60,789 bases of DNA, from contig NZ_RJNU01000011.1 of the NCBI RefSeq assembly GCF_003942695.1, positions 1 to 60,789 on the forward strand. The letters are read 5' to 3'. This document shows positions 1 to 10,454 of this stretch, in pieces (position 1 is the stretch's first letter; each line of letters opens with the position of its first letter). Under the pieces are notes generated by a model. The model saw only the letters and a list, made by a program, of their open reading frames with translations. It did no database searches and was not told the origin of the DNA. This DNA is from Streptococcus mitis. GTDB lineage: Bacteria; Bacillota; Bacilli; Lactobacillales; Streptococcaceae. The translations under genes were made by a program, and so were the position numbers.

Positions 1-330
1 AACATCCAAGCAGTCTGGTAAGCGTTTAGTGCTTGTTGTGTCGTAGCCAGTTTTCTCATAAGCTAGGAGAAGACCAGCATTTGGATCAAGCGCTTTTGTA
101 GCTGGAAGTCCATACTCTGGGTCGAGAAGCATAGATGATGCGTATTTGGTCAATTCATCTGCAACCAAGACTTTGAGTTCTTCCATTTGAGCCACTGTTG
201 GCTCTTCTGTTTGGTATTGAGCCATGAGGCGTTTCAAAGCACCACGTTGGTCAAAGGCAAGAGCTGAGATAATGCCATTTTCATCTGAAAGTTTTTCTAA
301 GCGTGCACGTTTTTGTTCTGTTAAAGCCAT
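1..330 (-). CDS. lacD: Tagatose-1,6-bisphosphate aldolase LacD, N-terminal part (C-terminus runs off the window edge)
   Basis: Reverse translation begins [34 protein letters not shown], the conserved LacD N-terminus. It lies directly downstream of lacC in the lacABCD order. Confidence 0.8.
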   Translation of the reverse strand, partial: MALTEQKRARLEKLSDENGIISALAFDQRGALKRLMAQYQTEEPTVAQMEELKVLVADELTKYASSMLLDPEYGLPATKALDPNAGLLLAYEKTGYDTTSTKRLPDCLDV

Positions 331-331
331 T

Positions 332-1261
332 TTATACCTCTTTTACTATTAATTGATCATATAAAGCTTGATAGTTGGCCATATTGACATGACCTGTCAT
401 TTTTTCTTGAGCATTGAGCATACCAAGGACATTTGCCTTGATGAGTAATTCTGCATCCGATTCTTTATGAAGAAGTCCTGAAGAAATTCCTGCTACAGTA
501 GAATCTCCAGATCCGACAGGGTTGACTACCTGAATTCTAGGAATATCTACCTTGTAGAAAGTATCCCCATGTTTTGCAAAAGCACCATTTGCACCAAGTG
601 AAACGATAATCCACTCAATCCCTGCAAATAGAGGCTCTTGAAGAACTTCCTTTAATTCATCCAAATCTTCTGAAACTTCTTTCCCAAGAAGCTGAGACAA
701 TTCTTCGTTATTTGGTTTGATAACTGTTGGTTTGTGTGGTGATTCAAGAACCGCCTGAAGGGCAGCACCTGAGCAATCCAGAACAACTGGTTTTCCTGCG
801 CGATTAGCAAGCTTCACCAAGTTTGCATAATAGTCAACTGGAAGACCAGCTGGAAGACTACCTGAAATGGCCACTACTTCTACAGTGTCAAGAAGATTCT
901 CGAAATGAGCCAAGAAATCTTGCCCTTCTTGTTCCAGAACTTCAGGTCCTTTTTCAAGGATTTCTGTTTGGTTGTAACCATGTAGAATGGCGATACAGTT
1001 ACGAGTCTCTCCTTGAATCGAGAAGAAACGTTTCGTTACTTTATCATCGATATGCCCTACTAAAAACTCACCAAGTTTACCACCGACCAAACCAGTAGCA
1101 AGGACAGAATCACCAAATTCTGAAAGAACTCGTGTAACATTGAGCCCTTTACCACCAGCTGTCTTGGTCACGTCCACCACACGGTTGACAGTGTCAATTT
1201 TCAATTCATCCAAAGGATAAGAAATATCAATGGATGGATTCATTGTGACTGTTAAAATCAT
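332..1261 (-). CDS. lacC: Tagatose-6-phosphate kinase
   Basis: 309 aa starting [20 protein letters not shown] with a TAGGKGLNV motif (PfkB family). Sits in the lacABCD arrangement. Confidence 0.9.
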   Translation of the reverse strand: MILTVTMNPSIDISYPLDELKIDTVNRVVDVTKTAGGKGLNVTRVLSEFGDSVLATGLVGGKLGEFLVGHIDDKVTKRFFSIQGETRNCIAILHGYNQTEILEKGPEVLEQEGQDFLAHFENLLDTVEVVAISGSLPAGLPVDYYANLVKLANRAGKPVVLDCSGAALQAVLESPHKPTVIKPNNEELSQLLGKEVSEDLDELKEVLQEPLFAGIEWIIVSLGANGAFAKHGDTFYKVDIPRIQVVNPVGSGDSTVAGISSGLLHKESDAELLIKANVLGMLNAQEKMTGHVNMANYQALYDQLIVKEV

Positions 1262-1271
1262 GCGTCACCTC

Positions 1272-1787
1272 TTAGTCGTGGTATTCACCGCGATCCCATT
1301 TTTCAAGGAATTCTGTAAAGAAGTTTGCATCTGCTTGATGAGCATTGTGAGTTTCAACGTGCTCAATTTTCGCAATCAATTTTTTATTTTCTTCTGATGG
1401 TTTGTATTCAGCATTGATGAAAGCTTCAATGATATCGCACATAAGCAATTCACCTGTAATTTTACCACCGAAACCGATAACGTTGGCATTGAGTTCTTCT
1501 TTAGCATAAAGCGCTGTTGTCATATCACGAACCAAGGCAGAACGAACTCCTGGAACTTTATTTACAGCGTTGTTGATACCAACACCAGTACCACAGATAC
1601 ATACCCCAAGATCAGCTTGACCGCTTGTAACAGCTTCACCAACCTTTTTACCAAAGATTGGGTAGTGAGTACGTGTGTGGTCATAGGTACCAAAGTCGAT
1701 GACTTCATATCCTTTTGATTTCAAAAATTCTGAAACCGCCATTTTTTCATCTGTTACGATGTGGTCACATCCAATTGCAATTCTCAT
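1272..1787 (-). CDS. lacB: Galactose-6-phosphate isomerase subunit LacB
   Basis: 171 aa RpiB/LacAB family protein; the sequence MRIAIGCDH...GTGVGINN is typical of LacB. Confidence 0.9.
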   Translation of the reverse strand: MRIAIGCDHIVTDEKMAVSEFLKSKGYEVIDFGTYDHTRTHYPIFGKKVGEAVTSGQADLGVCICGTGVGINNAVNKVPGVRSALVRDMTTALYAKEELNANVIGFGGKITGELLMCDIIEAFINAEYKPSEENKKLIAKIEHVETHNAHQADANFFTEFLEKWDRGEYHD

Positions 1788-1817
1788 TTTTAATTTACCT
1801 TTCTTACTGTAATCTAA

Positions 1818-2243
1818 TTAGCACATTTTGTTCAACATATCAACACGAATTTGGTGACGACCACCGTCGTATTTACCGTTAACAAAACCTTTAGCAATAT
1901 TTTTAGCCAATTCATCACCAACAAGTTGTGCACCCATAGTGATCATACGTGAGTTGTTGTGTCCACGAGTCATATAAGCTGAACGTTCATCTGAAACTTC
2001 TGCAGCAACCATTCCTTTGATTTTAGTTGCGACCATGAATGGACCAGCACCATAAGCATCAATCACGATACCAAGGTTTTGTTCTTCTTTGTTTACTTCT
2101 GCAGCAACAGCAAGAGTCACATCAACAAAGTCTTGACCTTCAGCTGTAACATCCACAACGTGGAAGTTTTCTTTTTCCAAGAAGTCTTTCACAACTTCTT
2201 TCAATCTCAAACCTGCAGCATCTGCACCGATAACAATAGACAT
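1818..2243 (-). CDS. lacA: Galactose-6-phosphate isomerase subunit LacA
   Basis: 141 aa LacA-type RpiB family protein and first gene of the lac (tagatose) operon. An RBS AAAGGAG lies upstream. Confidence 0.9.
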   Translation of the reverse strand: MSIVIGADAAGLRLKEVVKDFLEKENFHVVDVTAEGQDFVDVTLAVAAEVNKEEQNLGIVIDAYGAGPFMVATKIKGMVAAEVSDERSAYMTRGHNNSRMITMGAQLVGDELAKNIAKGFVNGKYDGGRHQIRVDMLNKMC

Positions 2244-2529
2244 ATTGTTTACTCCTTTTTATTATTCTAGGCCAGTAAAGACTTTTATAACTAGCAGTTT
2301 ACCTACAAAAGACTTTCTAGCAGTTTATTGACAAATTTGATTGAATGAGATGAATAACACCTTATCCAAGTCCAGGAAATCAATTTCCTAGAAACAAACT
2401 TTCTCCGCGAAAGAGAATATAACAAGTGATTATTTGTTTGTTACAAACATCATTTGTTGTTTACCAACATAATATACTCCTATTTATAGAAAAAGTCAAC
2501 AGTAAATGTTTGTTTTTGTGGTTTTTTAT

Positions 2530-3438
2530 CTAAAATATTTCAATATCAAAGCCAATCTGATCTACTTGACCAGGTTTTAGGAGACGAACGTTTTTCTTAT
2601 CTTCTAAATGATCTCCTTCTTCAAGAGATGTTGACAAACCAGACCAAGGTTCAAAGGCAATGAAAGGTCCCTTATTCAAAGTTGACCAAATGATGAGATT
2701 TGAAAACTCTTGGAAGTGTACTTTTAATCCCTTCTCATGTTTACGAGAACGAAGGGAAATTGTTCTGGATTGCAACTCATCCAAAGTCACTGCATCAACA
2801 CTAAACAGATCGTAACTGAGATCCACTTCCTTTTGCGAATCCAACCATGGACTTCTATCTTGAAAGTCTAACATGCCAGTTTCTGGGAAAGGACGTGGAA
2901 CAGAGCAAGTCTCTTCTTTCTCAAACTCTAAATAGTAATCTTCATAAGTTTCGCCTTCTAGCAGAGGACAATTAAATCCTGGATGTCCTCCTATAAAGAA
3001 TGGCATTACTTTATTCGTTTCTTTATTATAGATTTTGTATTGAGTACGGACAGTCTTGCCGGTCACTAGATAAGTGATTTCAAGACGGAAATGATAAGGA
3101 TAGTTCTGATAAGTATTCTCATCATCTTCAATAGCAAAGGTTACGCTGTTTTCTGTTTGTTCAACTAAGTCAAATTCTTTTTTACGGACCAAACCATGGC
3201 GAGGAATCTTTCCTTTCGTTTCCGTTCCATCTGCATGACTGTAGAAGGCTGAATCTTCCCTTAAAGAGCCGCAGATTGGAAAAAGTACTGGCGCTTGTCC
3301 ACTCCAGTAAGTGGCATCTCCTTGCCACAGATACTCAATGCCTTCTCGATCCTTGATCGACGACAAGGCGCCACCTAAGGTTTTAAACTGGACCGTTAAC
3401 TGGTCTGATTTGATTTCAATTAACATAATATTCTCCAA
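2530..3438 (-). CDS. Aldose 1-epimerase (galactose mutarotase-like)
   Basis: 302 aa with the fold and motifs of the aldose-epimerase superfamily. Located between the lac genes and a galactitol-type PTS. Confidence 0.7.
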   Translation of the reverse strand: MENIMLIEIKSDQLTVQFKTLGGALSSIKDREGIEYLWQGDATYWSGQAPVLFPICGSLREDSAFYSHADGTETKGKIPRHGLVRKKEFDLVEQTENSVTFAIEDDENTYQNYPYHFRLEITYLVTGKTVRTQYKIYNKETNKVMPFFIGGHPGFNCPLLEGETYEDYYLEFEKEETCSVPRPFPETGMLDFQDRSPWLDSQKEVDLSYDLFSVDAVTLDELQSRTISLRSRKHEKGLKVHFQEFSNLIIWSTLNKGPFIAFEPWSGLSTSLEEGDHLEDKKNVRLLKPGQVDQIGFDIEIF

Positions 3439-3464
3439 CTATTTTTAGATTTTTATATAAAAAA

Positions 3465-3508
3465 CTAGGTTGCCACTCCCAACATCGGAAATTGACAACC
3501 TAGTTTTT
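3465..3508. terminator. Stem-loop between the PTS IIC and epimerase genes (possible terminator or attenuator)
   Basis: CTAGGTTG and CAACCTAG form an 8-bp stem with a 24-nt loop. An A-run lies upstream and a T-run downstream. Confidence 0.35.
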
Positions 3509-3533
3509 ACAATTTACATTTTATAGGAGCGAA

Positions 3534-5009
3534 TTATTTAGCATTTGCTGCGTATTCTTCGTTACGTTTGATCATTTGTTTTCTATACCAAGCAAAGATA
3601 CCTACATAGAATACAAGGAAGGCTGCTGCACCAAGGATTGCTTTGATATCACCTGTTGTAGCATTACCGATTGCCCAACCAAATAGTTTTTCGATTGGTC
3701 CTTCAAGAGTTGAGTGAGTGATCAACTGAGTTTGGCTCACACCTTCTGGGAAGGCACCTACACCTTTCGCAAGTTCAGTTGCAAATGGAGCGATAAGAGT
3801 ACCTGAAAGAAGGAAGAGAGGCAACAAGAGTGTTCCGAAGATGATCATACGAAGCAATTTACCACGTGTAACAACCAAGAGAGCTGGAGTCACACCCATA
3901 GCGATGATACCTGCAAGTGGCAAGATACCATTTCCGACGTTTGAAAGAAGCACTGCTTCTACTAGCATGATTGGAGCAAGTACGTTGGCACAAGCCCAGA
4001 TTTCAGCACGACCAGCAATGAAAGGCCAGTCAAGACCGATGTTAAATTTACGTCCTTGAAGACGTTTAGTAGCAACGTTTGTAATACCTTGTGAAAGTGG
4101 TTCTACGGCTGCAATGAACCAAGATCCGATAAGTGAGAAGAGCTCCAAACTGACACCGGCAGTCAAACCAAGACTCAACCAACCTTTAATAACAAGTTCC
4201 CATTTATCGGCTCCTTCTACACCAGCAACTGGGTGTGGAGTTCCCATCAAACCAATAACGATACCAAGAATGAAACCAATGAAGAATTTAGATCCCCAGA
4301 AACCGATTTTCTTGTTCAATTTTGCAGCATCAAAGTCATATTTATCAAGACCTGGCAATACTTTATCGAAGATCTTATCCAAAACCATGATAACTGGGTT
4401 CATCATGTAGTTCATGTGAGTTGAAGTCATTGGTGATGAACTTGGTGCATTAAGAAGGTCGTCGAATGTTGGTTTCATCAAGTCAGAGTTGATGATTTTC
4501 AAAACACCTACCAGGACAACTGCTGCAGTTGCGATGAAAAGTGAAACTCCTTGGCTAACACCATTGTTGTCTGCATACCATTTGATCAAAAGACCAGTGA
4601 TTGACAAGTGCCAAATATCAAAGATATCGACGTCAAGTGTGTCCGTTTTCTTCATTGCAAGCATCACAACGTTGACAATCAACATTACAAGCAAGAAGTA
4701 AAGTGTCCAAGCAGATCCCCAAGTGATGGTTGCAAGTGGTGCCCAACCAACGTCAGTGATATTCAATTGAATACCAGTATTTTCAACGAATTTCGCAAGA
4801 GATGCTGAGAAAGCTCCGTTGAGCATACCGATGATAGCACCGATACCAGTAAGAGCGATGGCAAGTTTGATACCACCTTCAAGCGCTTTGGAGAATTTCA
4901 CTCCAAATAGTAAGGCCAATACTGTCAAGATGATCAGCATGATGATAGGACCACCCATTTCCAAGACTGGCTTGAAAATCTTATTGGCTAGTTCGATAAT
5001 GACATCCAT
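3534..5009 (-). CDS. PTS galactitol-family transporter subunit IIC
   Basis: 491 aa polytopic membrane protein with the composition of the GatC family. Adjacent IIB and IIA genes support the call. Confidence 0.8.
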   Translation of the reverse strand: MDVIIELANKIFKPVLEMGGPIIMLIILTVLALLFGVKFSKALEGGIKLAIALTGIGAIIGMLNGAFSASLAKFVENTGIQLNITDVGWAPLATITWGSAWTLYFLLVMLIVNVVMLAMKKTDTLDVDIFDIWHLSITGLLIKWYADNNGVSQGVSLFIATAAVVLVGVLKIINSDLMKPTFDDLLNAPSSSPMTSTHMNYMMNPVIMVLDKIFDKVLPGLDKYDFDAAKLNKKIGFWGSKFFIGFILGIVIGLMGTPHPVAGVEGADKWELVIKGWLSLGLTAGVSLELFSLIGSWFIAAVEPLSQGITNVATKRLQGRKFNIGLDWPFIAGRAEIWACANVLAPIMLVEAVLLSNVGNGILPLAGIIAMGVTPALLVVTRGKLLRMIIFGTLLLPLFLLSGTLIAPFATELAKGVGAFPEGVSQTQLITHSTLEGPIEKLFGWAIGNATTGDIKAILGAAAFLVFYVGIFAWYRKQMIKRNEEYAANAK

Positions 5010-5053
5010 AATAGTTCCTCCCTTTATTTTTATGGAATCTTACAAAATAATAA

Positions 5054-5374
5054 TTAACTTAGTCCGTGTTCTTTGATAGCTGCCTCAATATTATCAAATA
5101 CTGGAGCGCTCATTGCTGGAATACGGAACAAGATTGGCCCAGCTTCAATTACTGGAATTCCTGGTTCAAAACCAAGGTCAGTTGCAGCGATTGGTGTAAA
5201 GATATCATATCCTTTGATAAGGTCTTCATTCACATCTTTTACCATAACTGCATCGCAGTGAACATCGTACCCGCGGTTTGCGAGTTCTTCTTCAAGAGCA
5301 CTTTTGATTTGGTGACTTGAGTTTACACCTGCACCGCAGGCAGCGAGAATTTTAATCATTAGGATTTCCTCCAA
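5054..5374 (-). CDS. PTS galactitol-family subunit IIB
   Basis: About 100 aa with a MIKILAACGAGVNSS catalytic-Cys N-terminus typical of GatB-type IIB. The true start is probably the internal ATG. Confidence 0.75.
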   Translation of the reverse strand: MEEILMIKILAACGAGVNSSHQIKSALEEELANRGYDVHCDAVMVKDVNEDLIKGYDIFTPIAATDLGFEPGIPVIEAGPILFRIPAMSAPVFDNIEAAIKEHGLS

Positions 5375-5400
5375 TTTATATTTTTATTTAATAAACAAAG

Positions 5401-5877
5401 TTAAGCTGTTGCTTCAGCGATATAGGTATACAAGGCTTCTGGTTCAGAAATATTTGATAAATCTTCTAGATGACCATTCCCTGTAAAGAAATCCATTAAC
5501 TGAGCAAGAATGTTGGTTTGACTCGAACTTGAATTGTTAATGATAAAGAAGAGTAGAGATACTTCCACTTCCTTATCAGGAGCAATCATATTGTGAAAAG
5601 TTACTGGTTTTTCCAATCGAACAACCACTACTTTCTCAGCCAGATTATGAACAATATCTGTATGAGGAATCGCTATGTTTGGCAAGTCCTTTCCCAGAAA
5701 TTCCATATCTAAGCCAGTCGGAAATGACTTTTCACGCGTGATCAAGGCTTCACGATAAGTTGGAGTCACGATTTTTCGTTCTTCCAATAAGGTTGCTACC
5801 TGATCAAAGAGTTGTTCTTGATTATCCGCTTCTAAGCAAAACACGAGGTCTTTGTCAAAGAAATGATCTAATCCCAT
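5401..5877 (-). CDS. PTS subunit IIA (galactitol/fructose type)
   Basis: 158 aa PTS_EIIA_2-like protein and first gene of the IIA-IIB-IIC-epimerase operon. Confidence 0.7.
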   Translation of the reverse strand: MGLDHFFDKDLVFCLEADNQEQLFDQVATLLEERKIVTPTYREALITREKSFPTGLDMEFLGKDLPNIAIPHTDIVHNLAEKVVVVRLEKPVTFHNMIAPDKEVEVSLLFFIINNSSSSQTNILAQLMDFFTGNGHLEDLSNISEPEALYTYIAEATA

Positions 5878-5928
5878 AACAGTTTCCCTTCTTTCAATTA
5901 ACTTTTACGCTATAAGTATAACACTATA

Positions 5929-5942
5929 TGAAATCGTTGTCA
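5929..5942. promoter_or_regulatory. cre (CcpA catabolite-responsive element) upstream of the PTS IIA operon
   Basis: aTGAAATCGTTGTCAa matches the cre consensus WTGNAANCGNWNNCW at every constrained position. It lies about 55 nt upstream of the IIA start. Confidence 0.55.
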
Positions 5943-6045
5943 ATACTTTTTGTTTTATTTTGTTTCTTTTTTGTTGATTGTGTTTTGTTAATTAATTACA
6001 ATCATTATCAAACAATCTTTTTAAATTCTATTTTCGTGCATTTCA

Positions 6046-6073
6046 AACAAAAAAAAGACCAAAATGGGTCTTT
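6046..6073 (-). terminator. Rho-independent terminator after licC
   Basis: Minus-sense AAAGACC cattttG GTCTTT followed by a T8 run. Confidence 0.6.
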
Positions 6074-6096
6074 CTGTTACTAATTTCTAATGTTAT

Positions 6097-6786
6097 TTAG
6101 TTAATGGAAGATAAAATTTCTTCTAGCTTTTGATAGTCCTTGACACTATCGATTTCATAGATGCTGTTGCCTTCTAATTCTTCGACATACACATCTAATT
6201 CTTTGATATTATCCTTAACCATGTTGTCCCAGTAGAGATCAACAAATTCACCACTTTCGTAAGCTTTGTCAATAAAGCCAACAATCTTCTCAGCAGTTGG
6301 TGCATCCCAGAATGAAACTCCACTCAGAATGCGACCAGCTTTGCTGTCAACAATGATGTCTTGAACTTTATAGTCATCACCATAAACCAAGAACCATTCA
6401 TTCTCACAGTCTTCACGATAAACACTGAAATAAGTTGAACGTTTAAGATCGTTTCTAAACATATTTTTGAAAAGATAGTTATCTGCATCAATGACATAGC
6501 TATTTGCCAAGTCTTCTTTAACGAGGTAAAGTGAGTAAAAGTTATTGTAATCAGCATACTTGTCGTTAAAGACTAAACGGACACCATATTTTTCTTTTAG
6601 GTAGTCAAATTGTTCTTTGAGGTAACCGACAACGATGATAATCTCATCAATTCCTCTCTCTTTCAAAAACTCGATTTGGTATTCTACCAAGGGTTTTTGA
6701 TTAACCTTAACCAAAGCTTTTGGGGTATTTTCAGTCATAGGGCGCAGACGAGTTCCCAAGCCCGCTGCTAAAATAATCGCTTTCAC
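6097..6786 (-). CDS. licC: CTP:phosphocholine cytidylyltransferase
   Basis: 229 aa starting MKAIILAAGLGTRLRP...; near-identical in length and sequence to pneumococcal LicC. Confidence 0.9.
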   Translation of the reverse strand: MKAIILAAGLGTRLRPMTENTPKALVKVNQKPLVEYQIEFLKERGIDEIIIVVGYLKEQFDYLKEKYGVRLVFNDKYADYNNFYSLYLVKEDLANSYVIDADNYLFKNMFRNDLKRSTYFSVYREDCENEWFLVYGDDYKVQDIIVDSKAGRILSGVSFWDAPTAEKIVGFIDKAYESGEFVDLYWDNMVKDNIKELDVYVEELEGNSIYEIDSVKDYQKLEEILSSIN

Positions 6787-6797
6787 ACGAATCTCCT

Positions 6798-7688
6798 TTA
6801 TTCTTTAATAATAATATAAACACCAGCCATAACAATAAGTGAAGTGATAATTGTCAGCATATCTAGCGGTGCACCTAAGAAAACAGCTGCAAATAAGACA
6901 GTCCAAACTACATAGCTTACGTTCAAACCAGTTGCTTTTGCTGGTTGCAGACGATTGATAGCAATATAGTAAGCTAAGTAAGAAATCATATTACATGCTG
7001 CAAAGACTAACATCAAACCCAGCAATTGTCCATCTGCTACTTCTGCAAATGAATGATGAGAAAAGAGGACAATGACAAGATATGACAAGAATGAGGTTAC
7101 TTGGCGGATTAATAGTGCTTCAATTTCACTTAAATCACTTTCCATAGCATAGGAGCTGAGAACACTTTCACTTCCCCAAGCGATGGCACAAACTAATGCA
7201 CAAAGAATTCCGATATAAAAAGAATTAACCTGCTCAACTTTGTAAGTCTGGGCAATTATGCCAGCGATAATCAACAAAATACCAAACACAGTATTCTTAG
7301 ATACTTTGTGTTTCAAAATAAAAAATGCTAGTAAAACAGAAACTGCTGGGTAGATAGCTGATACTGAAGATGCAAGAGAACTTCCGATATATTTGACCGC
7401 ATAAAGATTGGCCTGCATACCAATAGGCCCAGCTAGCAAGGCTCCAATAATAACACTGACATTTCGAATATTTAGGAAGATTGACAAGCGAACTTTCCCT
7501 TCTCTAATCAAGAGAAAAGCTAACAAGATAAAGATACTCAAGAAATCATGAGCAGCCGCCACTACAAAAGGAGAAAGATTTGTAAAAATCGAAAAGATAT
7601 AAGAACTAATTGTCAGACCTAGCCCCCAGAAGATACCCGAGAGCAGACCGAAAGAGACACCATTTTTATTCTTCATCCTAACCTCCAT
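6798..7688 (-). CDS. licB: Choline transporter (EamA/DMT family)
   Basis: 296 aa 10-TM permease between licA and licC, the position of lic1-locus LicB. Confidence 0.85.
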   Translation of the reverse strand: MEVRMKNKNGVSFGLLSGIFWGLGLTISSYIFSIFTNLSPFVVAAAHDFLSIFILLAFLLIREGKVRLSIFLNIRNVSVIIGALLAGPIGMQANLYAVKYIGSSLASSVSAIYPAVSVLLAFFILKHKVSKNTVFGILLIIAGIIAQTYKVEQVNSFYIGILCALVCAIAWGSESVLSSYAMESDLSEIEALLIRQVTSFLSYLVIVLFSHHSFAEVADGQLLGLMLVFAACNMISYLAYYIAINRLQPAKATGLNVSYVVWTVLFAAVFLGAPLDMLTIITSLIVMAGVYIIIKE

Positions 7689-8535
7689 AATAGGTCAAAC
7701 CGTCAACAGCTCTTTGGTAACGACTCACACCATAATCTCCAAAGTCAGCGCCTTGAGCTTCTTTGTACACTGTCCACAAACTCCAGATAGTATCTTGCAA
7801 GATTTTATAGATACGAACCTTCTCACGTGATACTGGAGTTTTGTCACTCTCATAGTAGGTTAGGAAATCTTCTTCCTCTTGCTTTGTAAATTCAGACTCT
7901 AAGAAAAGAGCTGCCAAATCCCACATTGGGTCATTCATGGAAGAGTATTCCCAGTCAATCAAATACAAGCGACCTTGAGGTGACTCGATAAAGTTTTCTG
8001 GAACCAAATCGATATGACAAGACTTTCTGTCAACACCCAAATCAGCCAATCTCTTTTCGAGTGAAAATACTTCTTTTCTCACGGCTTCATAGTTGGCGTA
8101 AGGGATATTCCCCTCAATCAAGGATTCGTATTTTTTGATTTCTTCAAACGGAGCAAACTCTCCTCTTAGCTCCTTACCAGATCCATGAATGGTCTGTAGA
8201 ATCGGGGCAATCTTTTCAAATTTGGTCTTGATTGATGTTGAATCAAGAGTTACTGCTGATTCGATGTACTCATTTACCTTGATTCCTGACTCAATATCAA
8301 AAAGATAATTCTTGACATCAAGATTCAAATCTTTCAACAATTCAAGATTGTATTTTTCATCTTGACGATTGATGAGCTTTTCGGTTCCTTTTCCGAAGAA
8401 CTTAACAATATAGGGTTTAGAAGTTGTTTTAACCAAATAATTCTGATTGGTCATGCCTCCTAGCTGTTCAACACTAAGGACTTCCTCTTCATCAGATAGC
8501 AAAGAAGAAATTTTTTCTTTGATTAGTTTCTCCAC
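7678..8535 (-). CDS. licA: Choline kinase
   Basis: 285 aa APH/choline kinase fold with HIDLVPENF and LIDWEYS motifs, in the lic1 arrangement. Confidence 0.9.
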   Translation of the reverse strand: MEKLIKEKISSLLSDEEEVLSVEQLGGMTNQNYLVKTTSKPYIVKFFGKGTEKLINRQDEKYNLELLKDLNLDVKNYLFDIESGIKVNEYIESAVTLDSTSIKTKFEKIAPILQTIHGSGKELRGEFAPFEEIKKYESLIEGNIPYANYEAVRKEVFSLEKRLADLGVDRKSCHIDLVPENFIESPQGRLYLIDWEYSSMNDPMWDLAALFLESEFTKQEEEDFLTYYESDKTPVSREKVRIYKILQDTIWSLWTVYKEAQGADFGDYGVSRYQRAVDGLTYYGG

Positions 8536-8551
8536 AATTAACCTCCATCTC

Positions 8552-9592
8552 CTACACTTCCCACTTAAATACTGTTTTAAAAGCAGTATTTAGGTCTGTA
8601 GCAAAGACACGGTGAATGTCCTTGATTTCTCTCACTGGTTCTTCAATACAAAGAATATTTTTCAAACGATTCGCAAACTTCTTGACTTCCATCATCTGGA
8701 TGGCCTTCTCAAAATCAATGCGTCCTGAGCGAGATGAACCAACCAAGAGCAAGCCTTTTTCTAAGGCATCTCGTGTATTGATATTGACCTTGTATTCGCT
8801 GACTCCCATCATGAGAATCGTTCCCTGAGGGCGAATATAACGGATCAAGTCATTGATAGCTGGACCCGTACCATCACCACCACAACATTCAAATCCATGA
8901 TCAAAGGTCAAATCCTCTGGAATATTATCCGTGATGTAGCACTCTTTTGCAAAAGAGAAGAGCTCCAGTTTTTCCCAATGGCGACCAATCACGATAATCT
9001 CTGCTTCTGGCAAGGTATAATTGATAATATTGGCAACCACAAAGGCCAAGCTACCGTCTCCGATAACAGCTATGCGCTCTCGCTTGCTATGAGCGAGATT
9101 CAAGAAACGATCCATGGCATGCATACCTACACTCACAAACTCGGTAATGGCAGCAACTGTATCTTCAATGTCATTATAAGAAACAACTCGGTCTTTTGGA
9201 AGAGAGACAAATTCTCGCATAAAGCCATCATAACCACTAGATAGGAAGTAGGTTCCTGTCATGTAGTTTTCGTAGAACTCCTTGTCACTCTGCATAGGCG
9301 GTTGATTTGGAATCATGACGACCTTTTGGCCGACTTCGTAAGTCCCAGTTGGATCAGAAATAACAGTTCCACAAGACTCGTGAATCATAGCCATAGGAAG
9401 CTTTTTAGCCAATATCTTTGGATCACGTTTTCCTTGATAGTAACGTTGGTCTGCATGACAAACCGCCATATAATTTGGACGGATAAGGATATGATTCTCC
9501 TGATCAATGTCCTCTTCTTGGTATTTTACATTGATAAACTTTGGTTTGGTCAGTTGATAAATTTGATTAATCATAGCCTTAGTCTTTCTCAA
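8552..9592 (-). CDS. tarJ: Ribulose-5-phosphate reductase (Zn-dependent alcohol dehydrogenase family)
   Basis: 346 aa MDR/ADH-like protein with a CHAD zinc-ligand region, directly downstream of tarI. Confidence 0.85.
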   Translation of the reverse strand: MRKTKAMINQIYQLTKPKFINVKYQEEDIDQENHILIRPNYMAVCHADQRYYQGKRDPKILAKKLPMAMIHESCGTVISDPTGTYEVGQKVVMIPNQPPMQSDKEFYENYMTGTYFLSSGYDGFMREFVSLPKDRVVSYNDIEDTVAAITEFVSVGMHAMDRFLNLAHSKRERIAVIGDGSLAFVVANIINYTLPEAEIIVIGRHWEKLELFSFAKECYITDNIPEDLTFDHGFECCGGDGTGPAINDLIRYIRPQGTILMMGVSEYKVNINTRDALEKGLLLVGSSRSGRIDFEKAIQMMEVKKFANRLKNILCIEEPVREIKDIHRVFATDLNTAFKTVFKWEV

Positions 9593-10286
9593 TCATACTT
9601 TTCGCGATTTTCAAGTCGGTCACAGTTGTGATTTTAAGGTTTGAATATTCCCCTTTAGCTAGGGCAACGTCTTTCCCTTTGATAACAAAAATCTTACATG
9701 CATCCGTCAGAATTTCCTTTTCTTGATCAGATAGGGAGCCATACAAATCCATGAAATCCGTGCAGCGGAAGGTTTGAGGTGTTTGACCCTGATAGAGGTG
9801 AGCACGATTTGGAATATCAGTGATAAACTGACCATTGGTACTTTCTACAATGGTGTCAACTGCTTCTACTACTGTGTCAACTGCATCATGATTTTGGGCC
9901 AGTTTGATATTGTCCTGAATCATGCGAAGTGTGATAAATGGACGAACAGAGTCGTGGGTAATCACGATATCCTCAGGAGTGATTGGACAGTAGGCGTCAA
10001 TGGCTTCTATAATCTTCTCGATACTAGTATTGCGATCAGCACCACCCTTGGTAATGATGATACGGTCCTTGTGGAGAGAAAGATACTTTTCAACCAAGTC
10101 CTCAGCGTGTGACACCCAGTCTCCATGAACTCCAACTACAATTTTTTCAATACTCGGTTCTAAGACGAATTTTTCAATTGTGTGGATCAAAATAGGTCGA
10201 TCACCCAACTCCAAGAATTGTTTTGGTAAATTACTGATTCCCATGCGTGTGCCAGTTCCTCCGGCTAGGATTCCTGCATAGATCAT
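9579..10286 (-). CDS. tarI: Ribitol-5-phosphate cytidylyltransferase (IspD family)
   Basis: 235 aa starting MIYAGILAGGTGTRMG; first gene of tarIJ-licABC. An RBS AAAGGAGA lies upstream. Confidence 0.85.
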   Translation of the reverse strand: MIYAGILAGGTGTRMGISNLPKQFLELGDRPILIHTIEKFVLEPSIEKIVVGVHGDWVSHAEDLVEKYLSLHKDRIIITKGGADRNTSIEKIIEAIDAYCPITPEDIVITHDSVRPFITLRMIQDNIKLAQNHDAVDTVVEAVDTIVESTNGQFITDIPNRAHLYQGQTPQTFRCTDFMDLYGSLSDQEKEILTDACKIFVIKGKDVALAKGEYSNLKITTVTDLKIAKSMIEKD

Positions 10287-10454
10287 TTATATTCTCCTTT
10301 AGTTTATTCTAAAAAACTCATTACCATCTATTATATCATAATCTGCCTCCATCATGAAGAAAAGACAGAAAACTATCTATCTAAATTTGAGAAATAAAAT
10401 TAGATTTCCCTCTATATTTTTTACTTAACATTCGGTTAATATAGAGTCCTTTAG

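Noticed and set aside
10300-10360. 18-codon uORF (MMEADYDIIDGNEFFRIN) in the lic1 5' UTR ending at the tarI RBS
   Set aside because: There is no RBS upstream of its ATG. It is probably a fortuitous ORF in a long leader.
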